Source of the DNA: Nageia nagi
Taxonomy: Eukaryota > Plantae > Pinophyta
DNA length: 64,000 nt
Assembly: GCA_050084985.1 (NCBI GenBank)
Contig: JBITNC010000002.1
Span: 34,286,001-34,350,000 of the forward strand
Direction: 5' to 3'
The position numbers and the translations under genes are program-made. Of this stretch, positions 1 to 12,652 are shown piece after piece (position 1 is the first letter of the stretch; each line of letters opens with the position of its first letter). The notes beneath the pieces were generated by a model. It saw only the letters and a list, made by a program, of their open reading frames with translations, was not told the origin of the DNA and did no database searches.

Positions 1-2199
1 GAATATAATGATTTCGAATATATATATATATATATATATGAAGAATACTAAGGTAATTGAGATAATCATTAATCTAAAAATGTGGCTTAGCATATGTTGT
101 TCAAATTATATGTTCAATCCTATTTTTTCCATTGACATCATTCTTATGTGGGAAGCATGAAGAATGTTAAAAGTCCAATGTTTGGAATGAGAGACATAGT
201 GACTTCATTACGATAGGTGAGCATTGTGATGATGATGATACAATAAATGATTAAAGATTGCTTTGAAAAACATTATGATAGGTAATTTCATTACCATAAG
301 TGAGCATGTTTAGAGATTGCTTTGATAAACACTATAGTACTTGCATGATGGTACAATAAATGATTGATTTCATGAGTAGCTAGATACTGTAAATGAATAT
401 GGTTACATATATTATCATACATCTATAGTTCTTAAAAGTTTTTTGTTGAAATAAATGAATGTGAAAATTGTGTTTCAAATGGTTTATGAAATGTTAACAA
501 GAAAGCAGTATCATTGAAAAGTATACCATACAGCGAGGAGTTCACAAATAACTATGTTGATTATATAGATTTTAAATGATTGATTATTGATGCATGTATG
601 ATAGATATTGCTGATTTTATGTCTTGATAGATGGAAGACATCCTAATAAATTTAAAGAGAACACTCTTTTATTTGTTTTGTTATGCATGTATACAACTAT
701 ATTGTAGATTATGCCAGGAGATGATTTTCTTGTTTGGGAGTGACACTCTGTGAATGCATAAGATTGTATTTAGGCAATTTAGTTGTGCATACAATTAAAA
801 AGTGTTGTTATATGATCCCGAATGCTCTTCATATCCCATAAACAACTAGTAAGACCCTATTAGTACAAGAAAAAAATCGTAGATGAACGAGGTGAATTGA
901 GATTAAGACCTTACCACCTTTGAAGGTTTTATTATTGAAAAACATATTGCATAAAATATAAAACGTAAATCTTATTTTAATGCTTGAAAATATAAACATT
1001 TTATCATTTCAAGTTTATGCTTCAAAATCTAGTGATAAATTTTGAAGTAGGGATTTTATGGACATTACATCATTGGATTTTTTCCCTCAAAGAATGTGTT
1101 TAATACCGTCACGTTGGTTTAGACAAGCAGGTACGCTTCGAGAATGCGCATGCCACTCATTCTTTTCCTGATGGCTTCTAAGTTGAATACAATACTATCC
1201 CATGTGAAACTGTGTAATCCTACATTAATAGTTAAGTCGGGATTGAAAGTATGTAAAGCATAAATTATTCAGTAAATAGTAGCGATTTAGTCACCATATT
1301 TTAGGATTACAGGTCTTTTTCACTTTTTAATTCTTGTGAAAGGAGACATAGTTGAATGTCAAAATGTATGAATGACATTATCAAATATAGATCACAGTAC
1401 AGTGGTAATAAAAATATCTCAGTTTGCCAAAGACAACCACTATTACACCATTTGTAGCTCTGAACAAATAGCACTTCTTGTTTTATTAGGGTTTCTAAAA
1501 ATTTCAACTAGCCAATATATGAACTTCTCTCTTCTCGAAGATGAGTTTTTTCTATCCATGTTAACAATAATCTACTATGGTGACAAAAGGATCCCCATGC
1601 GAAATCTTCATCACATGCGACAACTATGTAAATATTTGCCTCCTATCCAAGAAGCAATAGATCAATGGCATGAATTAAATAATTTAACTAATTCAAGAAG
1701 GGTTAAAACCCAATTATTATAGAAGCTAGATGGAAGTAGAGTGATTATCTTGTTTATGTTGATCACAACAACAGGTTAACCTTCTTTCTTGCTTTCACAT
1801 TGTGTCTTTTGTTAAGCTCAAGCGAAATAGTGCAAAATGTTTAATCTCCTTACCAAAGGTGGGGAAGATGAGTTTTGTTAGAAACAAAAACTAATACAGG
1901 TGATGGAGTTCAATATAATTAATTCTTGTGAGAGTAAATAAACCTCAAGACTACCAGGGATCATAAGTCAGTGCAGTATATATGATTCCCAAATACATAA
2001 AGATGACGCAAGGTTCTTTTCTAACATTTTGCATGATGGTATTCACGTTACATGGGTTCTTAAGCCAGAGTTAAGAGTACCCTTCAAAAATAAATTGATT
2101 AAACATTATCATTAATTGTTTATAGCACATGTGTTACAATAATGTGATAAACAAACTCCAATAAAAGTCATTTCTGTAGGAGTACAGAAATAAACACAA

Positions 2200-3299
2200 A
2201 TAGAGCTGATAAGTGGCATTGAAGCCGTGTTGAGAGTTATTTATCTTTGGAGAATCAGTTTGTAGTCCAAATACCATCTCAATGAGGTCAATCTCCTTTT
2301 TTCACTGGCTACACTCATCCTTACATTCATCCAACAACATATCAAGGTTAGTGTTTTCTCCATCATCTCCATCTGCAATGCAGACATTATCCAACAGAAA
2401 CGAAAACTTAAGGTCCGAATAGGGCTCCGTGTCCAGAGGTCCAGGTCTACTTTGTTTCTCATCAGGTAGCTTAAAGAGATCATTACATTTAGGCTTATCA
2501 GAGAGAGAAACAGAAACTGCACTTGACTTTGGATTAACATCACTGTTGTCATCCATCACAAATTTACAATAAGAAAAACTTCCGCTTAGTGATGCATTCT
2601 GAAATCCGGTGTTAATATTTTCTGTGGTCACTTGTAAGTTGTTATAAGTGCTCATTTGGTACTGCTGGATTGAAGGATTGTTACTCTCCAGTTTCTAGAA
2701 ATGGTAAAAATTAGAACTGCAGGAAAATGAGGGTGACCCACCAGTGTGAGCAACAATATGACTAATGATTTTTGCTATCCTCCTCTCATGGTGTCCATGT
2801 TAGTGCTGAAGGAATGCTTGTAGATTATGTCCTTTAGAAAGAAGGAAAAGGAGATTGGTGAGTGAATATTCTGGCTGGGGTTGATACTTCTGCTTCTGTA
2901 ACATCCAACTTCTAGTGTTGATTCTGATGCTGATCTACTTATGATGAAAACATGATCGCATCTGATATCACTAGGACCAATGTTTTCTTAGTATTATTGT
3001 TGTCTTGTGTGGAGGAGGACTCTTCCTTTTTCTTCTTTTCTTCTTTGAGATTCAAACTCCCGATGTAGTCTTGTAAAATACATCTTCTATGGTTGCCAAC
3101 GCCATCAACAGAACCATCAAGAGTTCTTCTGGATCTTTTTTGCCCAGTTTGCCCGCGCTTGGTGTCATTTTAGTGAGTGATTTTTAATGGCATTTTCTAT
3201 TCTGCCCAGAAGGCCCAGGGTAATCTCGGCCAACTTATTGCCCAATTCTGCTTAGGCCTTGACAATCATTCTTTCTTCTTCTTCTTCAGATATCTCTCT
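2200..3299 (-). pseudogene. R2R3-MYB (MYB98/MYB119/MYB118-like) last-exon pseudogene, left arm
   Basis: After acceptor tttttttacAG (3301-3300): EEEERMIVKA*AELGNKLAEITLGLLGRIENAIKNH (R3 repeat); C-terminal KKEIDLIEMVFG near 2270-2301; stops and frameshifts. ORF 2302-2655 is part of the C-terminal region. Confidence 0.85.
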
Positions 3300-3462
3300 C
3301 TGTAAAAAAACATAAGCATTCATATGAGAATTTGGACCAAGAAGTATGTTCCCTTATTCCACTCTCCAAACGTGTAAATTATGGAATACAGGTTTGGCGA
3401 GTTGATTTAGGGAAGAAACTTCATGGTCCAAATTGTCATAGGAATGCTTATTTTTTTTACGG

Positions 3463-4538
3463 AGAGATATATGGACTGAAGAAGAAGAAAGAATGATTTT
3501 CAACGCCCATGCAGACTGGGGCAATAAGTAGGCCGAGATAACAAAGCGCCTTCCGGGCAGAACAGAAAGTACCATTAAAAATCACTGCAATGCCACTAAA
3601 CGCAAGCAAACTGATCCAGGATAACTCTTGATGGTTCTGTTGATGGTCGTTGCAGCCACAGAAGCTCTATTTTACAAGACTACATGAATCTCAAACAAAA
3701 AGGAGGAGAAGAAAAAAGAGTCATCAACAAAAGACACCAATAATACTAAGAAAACATTGGGTGTATTGATATCAGATGCAATGTCCTCCTCAGAAATAGA
3801 TCAACATCAGAATCAACACCAGATGCTGGAAGTCGCGGGAGCAGCAACCCCAGCCACATTCACTCACCAAGTCCCTTTTCCATCTTCTTCTCCCGCTGAT
3901 AGAAACTACAACGCAAGTATTCCTTCAACACTAACATGGGCACCTTGCGAAGGAGATAGCATTTCAATAACAGCAAAAATCATCGGTTATAATGTTGCTC
4001 ACACTTGGTCACCCTTATTTTCCTGCAATTATCTTTTCATCATTTCTAGAAACTAGAGAGTAGCAATCCTCTCATGCAGCGGCACAAGAAGAGGACTAGT
4101 AACAATTTACAAAGAGCACAAAAGATATTAACAATGGATTTTAGAATGCAGCACTGAGTGAAAGTTCTCCTTATTGTTAATTTGTCATGGATGCCAACAG
4201 TGATGTTAATCCAAGGTCAAGTAAAGATTCTATTTCTCTCTCTGCTAAGCCTAACTGTAATTCTCTCACACAGCTAACTAAAGACAAACAAAGTGAATCT
4301 GAATCTCTTCTGACCTAAGCCTGACTGTCGTTTCTGTTGGATGGTATGCGTATTAGAGATGGAGATGATGAAGAAAACACTAATCTTGATATTTTATTGG
4401 ATGAATGTATCATATATGGATGAGTGTGGCCAGTGAAAAAAAGAGATTGACCTCATTGAGATGATATTCGGACCACAAACTGATCCTCCAGATAGAAATA
4501 ACTCTCAACATGGCTTCAACGCCACTCATCAACTCTAA
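3463..4538 (+). pseudogene. R2R3-MYB (MYB98/MYB119/MYB118-like) last-exon pseudogene, right arm
   Basis: RDIWTEEEERMIFNAHADWGNK*AEITKRLPGRTESTIKNHCNATKRKQ (R3 repeat plus the NATKR(R/K)Q signature); TGG>TAG at 3529-3531; acceptor AG>GG at 3461-3462; KKEIDLIEMIFG near 4437-4472; TAA at 4536-4538. Confidence 0.9.
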
Positions 4539-5177
4539 CTGTAATTATTTCTGTACTATCACAAAAACGACCTTTATTGGAGTTTGTTTATCACATTGCC
4601 CCAACACATGCACCACAAATAATAGAATGATAATAGTTAACCAATTCACTATTTAAAGGGTACTCTTAACTCTAGCTTAAGGATCCATGTAATGTGAATA
4701 TCATCTTGCAAAATGTTATAAGAGAACATTGCCTCATCGTTATGTTTTGTGCAATGGCATCATATATACGGTTGCCTGGAGTTTTGTTTACTCTTACAAG
4801 TATTGAATATAATGAACTGCAATACCTGCATCAGCTTTTTTTTTCTATCAAAAATCATTGTCCCCATCCTTGGTAAGGACATCCAAAGACACAATGTGAA
4901 AGGAAGAAACAAGGCTACCTGTAGCTGTGATCAACATAGACAAATAATCACTCTACTTCCATCTAGCTTTGACAATAATTGGTTTTAACCTTTCTTGAGT
5001 TAGTTAAATTATTCAATTTATCTCATGAACTCATATCTAGTCTGTCTGGTTTCAAGTTTTCACATGGGAATGCTCATTTGATCATTGTAGATTAATCATT
5101 AATGTTACCATTTATAGAAAAAATTCATCTTGGAGGAAAAAGAAGTCTATATATTGTCTAGTTGAAATTTCTAGAAC

Positions 5178-8100
5178 CCTAATAAGACATGAGATGCTAT
5201 TTGTTCAGAGTTACAAATCTTATGGCGATCGACTAGAAAATCTTATTACTACTGTGATTTACGTTAAGGTGGTATGAGTCTCTGCATGCAACCACAATCT
5301 ATATAATCTCTCTGAAAAAAATTAACTCCAATTTCCATAAGTAGATGGTAATTTACCAATTGCGCTTGTATAAATCAAACCATGCATCTCCTCTACAATG
5401 ACATGGACATTGAGGGTGATGTCCAAGACATTTTCAACAAGCTTATCAGCTAATAGTCTCTATTTGGGAGCGTACCTGCATGTCTAAACAAATGTGATGC
5501 TATGCAATACATATTCTTAGAAAAAAAATCCAGAGATAAGGGTTGGAGAAACGATTAAGAACACATGTAATACAAACAAAATATTGCTAATACTAAGTTG
5601 AAGTAACAGCTTCAATAGGTAGAAGATATGAATATATCAATATTCAAGTTTAAAATTTCTTTATCAAAGCAGAAAGTCATGTAAAACCTTCGGAACTTTT
5701 CATACAAGAACCTTCATACCAAAAACTTTCTTGAGAAGTGTAGCAGATGAACATAATTTATTATAATAGGCTGTTATCAATTGATGGATACTTCTGAGTT
5801 CCGACCATCAAGTTTTTTTGTGTGATATCTATCACCAATTTTATGAAATCAAAATTAATCCCAACATTTAGTATGAATGATGCATTTGATTTGTATTCAT
5901 AAGTAATGTCATCATATTGAATTGTTGCATCCAATGCTTGATAAAGTTATAATAATATTATTTAATATTGTCACAATATTTAATATTAATGATGTCTTTG
6001 ATTTGTATTTATACATGATATCATTACATTGAATTATTGTATATAATGCTTAATAAAATTATATTAATATTATTTACTTTTAACAGTATATTTTAAAAAT
6101 AAATAAATAAAATCATTTAAAATTAACGATAAAATTATAATAAATTAAAATTTATATATATAATTTCGAAAATATTTAAGAGATTATAAGATCTACAAAC
6201 ATTAATTAATGTGAATTACATAATGAAACTTAAATGTTATAATTGTTAACTACAAAATCACATATAATTGTTAATGTCATGTATTCATTCTATGCTTATA
6301 TATGAAAGCAAAGATTAATTACATTGAGAGATATTCTATGTAGTTGAGGATTGATGACCTCACATGTTATCTATATGTGTTAACATGATTTAAAACAAAA
6401 AAATATATATGATGAAGTTGATTCAAAATTTTAAAAAAATTATATGATGAAAAATCAACATATTAAATATTTTAAGAATTCCATGTAAATAAAATGTTTC
6501 AAAAATTCTATATAAATAAAATATTTCATAACAATATTTGCATTCTCTATTTTGAATTGTTGCGAACAAAATTATTTGAATCTTAAGGAATCTCTTATGC
6601 ATTTTTACAGTGATACTCATTTCAATCTCACTACTCAAAATCAATAGGTATTTTTTCAAAGATCTCTATAATTCTTTAACATTTTTACTACGTTATAATT
6701 TTGTTGGGATACAAGTTCTAGTAATATTATTTTGATATTTTAATAAAAAAATATTTACATTGAATCTTTGTAATTAAAAATAGTATTGATAGGATTTTAC
6801 ATTTTAGCATGTAAGACTTTTTAGATTTTAAGAAAATTTCTACCTATTTACACATTTAAAGTTATTTCAAAATGAATAAATATATTTGCAAAGATCTCTA
6901 TAAATCTTTAGCATTTTTACTACTTTACAATTTTATTACCCTACAAATTCAAGAATATTATTTTAATAAATTTTTTACATAAAATCTCAATAATTAAAAA
7001 AACATGTAACTATGATTACACATTTTGTGATGAAGGTGCAACATTTCTTTATTCAAATTATAAACAAAGTGAAATTTCGAATGTAGGCCATAGAGTTTCC
7101 CTCTTCTCCTCCATATCTTGGATTATATAAAATTCTTCATATAATATATTATAACATTATCAAGCCACATACTATAAGATGTGACTGTTATTTACAATTG
7201 AAAAAGAACATCTCACAGTATGAACAAAACAACACTATGCTTAACACAATGGAAGACTTCCTACCACAACAGAGCTGTGAAGAAGAAACAGAGCGTAGAA
7301 CAGTAAAGTATGCACAAAACATAGTGCAAGATCACAAAATATCAATCATGAAGCATAGTCTAAAAAAAGCTAAAGTCTTGTCCTAATAAAACAAGAGATG
7401 CTATTTGTTCAGTGTTCCAAATCTTATGGTGACCGACTGAGAAATTCTTATTACCACTGTACTGTAATCTATATTAAGGTGGTATGAGTCTCTGCATGCA
7501 ACCACAATCTATATAATCTCTCTGAAAAAAATTAACTCCAATTTCCAGAAGTAGATGGTAATGTACCAATTGCTCCTGTATATCTCACCTACAATGACAT
7601 GGAAATTGAGGGCGATCTCCAAGACATTTTCAACAAGCTTATCAAGTAATAAGTCTCTATTTGGGAGCGTACCTGCTTGTCTAAACAATGTGGTGCTATG
7701 CGATACATATTCTTAGCAAAAAAAATCCAAAGATAAGAATTGGAGAAAAGCTTAAGAACACCTGCCATACAAACAAAATATGGCTAAAACCAAGTTGAAG
7801 TAACAACTTCAATAAGTAAAAGATATGAATATATCAATGTTCAAGATTAATTTTTTTTTTCTTTTTTTTTTTTAATTTTATCAAAGCAGAAAGTAATGTA
7901 AAACCTTCGGAACGTTACACCAAAAACTTTCTTCGGAAGTGTGGCACAGGAACGTTGATTATAATAGGCTGTTATCAATTGAGGCGACACTTCTGAGTTC
8001 CGACCATCAAGTCTTTGTTGTGTGGTATCTGCAAATTAATCCCAACATTTAGTATGAATGATGCATTTGATTTGCATTTATAGGTAATATTATCATATTG

Positions 8101-9853
8101 AATTATTGCGTCCAATGCTTGATAATTTTATAATAATATTATTTAATAGTAATCACAATATTTAATATTTAAGATGTTTTTGATTTGCATTTATAGATGA
8201 TATCATCACATTGAATTATTACATTTAAAGCTTATTAAAATTATATTAATATTACTTAATTATAACATTATATTGATATTAATAATAAATTATAGATGAT
8301 AATTTTTAATATCATATTAAATATTGTGATTAATATTAATCACAATATTTAATATTTACTATGTTTTCAATTATTTGTATTTATAAATGATATCATCACA
8401 TTGAATTATTGAATCTAATACCTGATAAAATTATATTAATATTACTTAAATTTAATATCACATTAAATATTGTGATTAATATTAATTAATAATATTATTT
8501 AATATTAATCTCAATATTGAATATTTACAATATCTTTGATTTGCATTTATAGATGATATCATCACATTGAATTATTGTATTTAATTCTTAATAAAATTAT
8601 ATTAATATTATTTAATTTTAGCATCATATTAAAAAAAAAAAACAAAAAAATCATTTAAAATTAATGGTAGAATTGTAATGAATTGAATGATTTGCATAGA
8701 TATATACATATGCCTATAGCATCTATGAACAATCTTTAGTGTGAATTACACAATCACATTGGAATTCCATAATTGTTAACTACGATCAAATATGAATACC
8801 ACATATAATTGTTAATGCATGTATCCATTCTATGGTTACATATGAAAGCCACAGGTAATTACATTGAGAGGCATCCTATGTAATTAAGGAACATTGACCT
8901 TGCATGTTATCTATCTATTAGTCTATTTAACACACTAAAGCTAACTTAATATTAAAAAAACATTATATGATTAAGTTGACTTAAAATTTTGTAAATATTA
9001 TATGATAAAAATTAATAATTAAATAATTTTAAGAATTTCATATAAATAAAATATTTCATAATAATATTTGGATTGTACTACTTGCATGCTTTATTTTGAA
9101 TTGTTGTAAACAAGATTATTTAAATCTTGAGGAATCTCCTACCCATTTCTACAATTATACTTATTTCAATCTCACTACTCTAGAAAAATAGGTATCTTTG
9201 CAAGAATCTCTATAATTCTTTAATATTTTTACTACTTTGTGATACAAGTTATAGTAATATTATTTTGATATTTTAATAAAAAAAATCTTTACATTAAATA
9301 TTTGTAATTAAAAATAATATGGTTATGATTATACATTTTAGCATGTAAGATTTGTAGATCTTAAGAATTTTTTTACATATTTTCACATTTAGAGTTATTT
9401 CAAAATGAATAAGTATGTTTACAAATATCTCTATAATTCTTAGGCATTTTTACTATTTTATAATGTTGTTAACCTACAAATTCAATAATATTTTTTTAAT
9501 AAATTTTATACATAAAATTTCAATAATTAAAAATAATGTAACTTTGATTGTACGTTTTGAGATGAAAATGCACCATTTCTTTATTCAAATAGACAAATTG
9601 AAATTAATACCTAAAATTTAGGCCATAGATTTTCCCTCTTCTCTTATCATTGATCATATATATTTTTTCATATAATATATTATAACATAATTATGCCACA
9701 TACTATAAGATCTCACTATTATCTACAACATTATTCCTATAAAGTTATGAAGAAGAAAAAAGCATAGAACAATATCAAAGTATGCACTAAATAGAGTGCA
9801 AGGTAACATAATATCAATCATGAAGCAAAGTTTAAAAACATGGTAGAGTCTTA
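5178..9853 (+). repeat. Tandem duplication, unit 1 ~5178-7381, unit 2 ~7382-9853
   Basis: Both units begin cctaataa.aca.gagatgctatttgttcag and share ggtggtatgagtctctgcatgcaaccacaatct and ctgagttccgaccatcaagt; both end atcaatcatgaagca...agtctt.; 'ccta' occurs at each junction. Confidence 0.92.
8060..8620 (+). repeat. AT-rich internal repeat expanded in duplication unit 2
   Basis: tttgatttgcatttatagatgatatcatcacattgaattattg occurs about 4 times here versus 2 in unit 1 (5880-6080). Confidence 0.75.
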
Positions 9854-10156
9854 CCTAGTTGAGAATAGAAACTACATTAAAAAAATATAATGTAATATGC
9901 TCACAACACTAGAAAATATAGTATCATGAAATTGAGTAAATATGATAAATATACAATGAAGTTGGAGGCAATTTATAATCTGTCATTTATTATAATATGG
10001 TTTTGAATAATCCAGTCATTTCTACACACCATACTTATCATTCTTACATGCTCATGTCTATATATAAACTAACCAAAGAAATAGAAAATAATGACTAGGT
10101 AGTAGCAATAACTAATAGTAGTTATACTGATAGAGACCAGAATAATTGTACCAACA

Positions 10157-11032
10157 TGTTTACAAATAAAATTGAGCGTGCAAATAAGTAAATAGGCAAC
10201 TATCTACAAACTCAATATTATCTGTATTTAAGCTACGGATAGCAATTTATTCTAGATAACAATAAACAACATAACCTATTCAGAAGTGTAATTGTACCAA
10301 CCAAGACTGTAATTTGTGTAATTACCTCACGGAATGTACCTGACAACGAAAGATGCAGATATTGGCGATGTACTGATGATGAGCTACCTTTCCAACAATG
10401 TCGTGACCTGCAAGGATGCCAAAAGAGGACCGCGGGCGGTCCGTTTCAATGATATAAGAGCATCGATGGTGTTTTTTCCATTCACAAAGGAGCATCGACG
10501 GCCTTCATTTGATAGTTTTGACCTCTCGATTAAGTCCAAAACTTCAATGTAGATGTCTCAGATAGTAGTATGATATCAAAATTGATCGTAGATGTCAGGA
10601 TAGCTCGCGTAAGGAAGCACACAAACCATAGCCTTGTAGGCGGTACCAAGAGATACCTTAAGGGGTAGCCACTTACAAGACCATACGCGAGATCATGTGT
10701 ATCCTTGTTATTGTGGACTTACTATTAGATCCCTTATTTATATAGATAATAGATAATACCGCCCATGGGTCGGCGTGCATCTACATAAATAAGGTTAATT
10801 CACAACATTTAAGATAAACACACCAATAAACAAGATAATCCATGCAATACTCAAGATAATCCATGCAATATTCAAGATAACCCATGCAATATTCAAGATA
10901 ATCATTATAAAATTCATATTCAAGAAAAACATTGACATTATCACTTTAATCCATTCAAGACATATATTTAGGCCAAGCATATTCCATTAATTTATTGATT
11001 TAAAAACATAAATTCATTTTTATGTGTTAACA
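10157..11032 (-). repeat. 3' LTR of the gag/PMD element
   Basis: tgtttacaaataaaattgagc...ttttatgtgttaaca; about 40 differences from 17020-17893 by manual count (~95% identity), almost all transitions. Adjacent gatgcccaacttt reads aaagttgggcatc on minus (PPT-like). Confidence 0.95.
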
Positions 11033-11289
11033 GATGCCCAACTTTGGATGTGAAATCGAAAGAAACATGAGGTGACTTGAGATTTTGCATTCAAAGTAAA
11101 AACACAATATCATAGCAAACAATTTTGATAAGCAATGATAAACATTAATCATTCTGAACTTAAAAAAACATCATGATAAAGCTTATTAGTACTAGATATA
11201 GGTTGACAAAACTCCCTTTTGATATTACCTTGGGCATGCTTGCCCCTTGCATTTTGCTGTAGAAGGTGATAGCCTGATATATCTGACGA

Positions 11290-11500
11290 CCCATGACAAC
11301 AAACTTGACAACACATGACAATGACAGGACAGACGACTTGACCACACATGTCGACCAAACGACAACTTGACAAGATCACATCACAAGACAAAACATGCCA
11401 ACACATGACAACATACATGACCAACTCACAAGACAAGACATGATAACACATGAAAACACACATGACCAACTCACAAGACAAGACATGATAACCATAACCA
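11290..11500. repeat. Imperfect short repeats (acatgacaa / cacaagacaagacatg)
   Basis: Recurrent acatgac and acaagacaagacatgata words, including two copies of catgaccaactcacaagacaagacatgataac. Confidence 0.7.
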
Positions 11501-11510
11501 CACATAGGGG

Positions 11511-11990
11511 AGAGCTAAGTTCCACACAACTGAGCCTTCGCACCAAGAGGTGTACTGCAGTTGCATAAGAAACGAACTCTGCAAAATAATGATAAGCTGA
11601 TATGTGAGAGCTAAGTTCCACACAACTGAGCCTTCGCACCAAGAGGTGTACTGTAGTTGCATAAGAACTGAACTCTGCAAAATAAGTGATAAGCTGATAT
11701 GTGAGAGCTAAGTTCCACACAACTGAGCCTTCGCACCAAGAGGTGTACTGCAGTTGCATAAGAATCGAACTTCGCAAAACAAGTGATAAGCTGATATGTG
11801 AGAGCTAAGTTCCACACAACTGAGCCTTCACACCAAGAGGTGTACTGCAATTGCATAAGAACTGAACTCCGTAAAACAAGTGATAAGCTGATATGTGAGA
11901 GCTAAGTTCCACACAACTGGGCCTTCGCACCAAGAGGTGTACTACAGTTGCATAAGAATTGAACTCTGCAAAATAAGTGATAAACTGATG
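11511..11990 (-). repeat. Tandem array, 5 x 96-97 bp, each unit a long stem-loop on the minus strand
   Basis: agagctaagttccacacaactg starts at 11511, 11607, 11704, 11801 and 11898. Confidence 0.95.
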
Positions 11991-11996
11991 AAGTTG

Positions 11997-12450
11997 TGAT
12001 AAGTTGATAGCGGGAGCTGGAACTCCACTCATAAGCATGATAAGTTGATATCGGGAGCTGGAACTCCACTCGTAGGCATGATAAGCTGATATCGGGAGCT
12101 GGAACTCCACTCATAAGCATGATAAGCTGATTATGGAGCTGGGACTCCACTCATAGGCATGATAAGTTGATCATGGGAGCTAGAACTCCACTCATAGGGA
12201 CATGATAAGTTGACAATGGGAGCTGGGACTACACTCATAGGCATGATAAGTTGATATCAGGAGCTGAAACTCCACTCATAGACATGATAAGCTGATTATG
12301 GGAGCTGGAACTCCTCTCATAGGCATGATAAGCTAATATCAGGAGATGGAACTCCTCTCATAGGCATGATAAGCTAATATCGAGAGCTGAAACTCCACTC
12401 ATAAATATGATAAGCTGATTATGGGAGCTGGAACTCCACTCATAGGCATG
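11997..12450 (-). repeat. Tandem array, ~11 x 41 bp
   Basis: Consensus tgataagctgatatcgggagctggaactccactcataggca; gggagct at 12012, 12053, 12094 ... 12423. Confidence 0.95.
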
Positions 12451-12459
12451 CTAAATTGA

Positions 12460-12652
12460 TAATTCAGGTCTGCAAACATGAAACTCAAAGTAATATTCTC
12501 CTGGATATAACATTCATCAAACACCTATGATGCACCCATGATACTTAGATAAGCTGATAATTCAGGTCTACAAACATGAAACTCAAAGTAATATTCTCCT
12601 GGATATAACATTCATCAAACACCTGATGCACCCATGATGCCTAGATGAGCTA
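12460..12652. repeat. Tandem duplication, 2 x ~98 bp
   Basis: taattcaggtct.caaacatgaaactcaaagtaatattctcctggatataacattcatcaaacacc occurs twice; the copies are linked by gataagctgata. Confidence 0.9.

Larger units (their letters stand above)
1383..5265. repeat. Large inverted repeat (arms ~1383-3376 and ~3387-5265, loop ~10 nt), with an outer homology island ~1075-1138 / ~5467-5533
   Basis: Reverse-complement matches along the whole length, e.g. 1724-1780 gaagctagatggaagtagagtgattat vs 4920-4975; 2270-2400 vs 4330-4470; centre ctccaaacgtgta/tacaggtttggcgag; outer agacaagcaggtacgc vs gcgtacctgcatgtct. Arms visibly diverged (roughly 75-80% by eye). Confidence 0.95.

Noticed and set aside
3354-3575. 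Minus-strand 73-aa ORF (and similar short ORFs at 1307-1722 and 4694-4988)
   Set aside because: Antisense shadow of the MYB R3 exon, or chance ORFs in the 3' flank that are not conserved between the arms.
1383-5265. Assembly or long-read foldback artefact
   Set aside because: The arms differ by many substitutions and indels; an artefact would be near-identical.
11511-11990. Hammerhead ribozyme (retrozyme) or C/D snoRNA in the repeat unit
   Set aside because: No CUGANGA...GAAA core with the required stems and no properly spaced C/D boxes; an AGUA/GAA loop-E-like look in the internal loop is too weak to call.
11149-12150. Overlapping minus-strand ORFs with repeated peptides
   Set aside because: By-products of 97- and 41-bp periods (not multiples of 3) cycling through reading frames.
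11511-12450. CRISPR-like array
   Set aside because: The units are homogeneous tandem copies with no unique spacers; the context is a eukaryotic retroelement with no cas genes.
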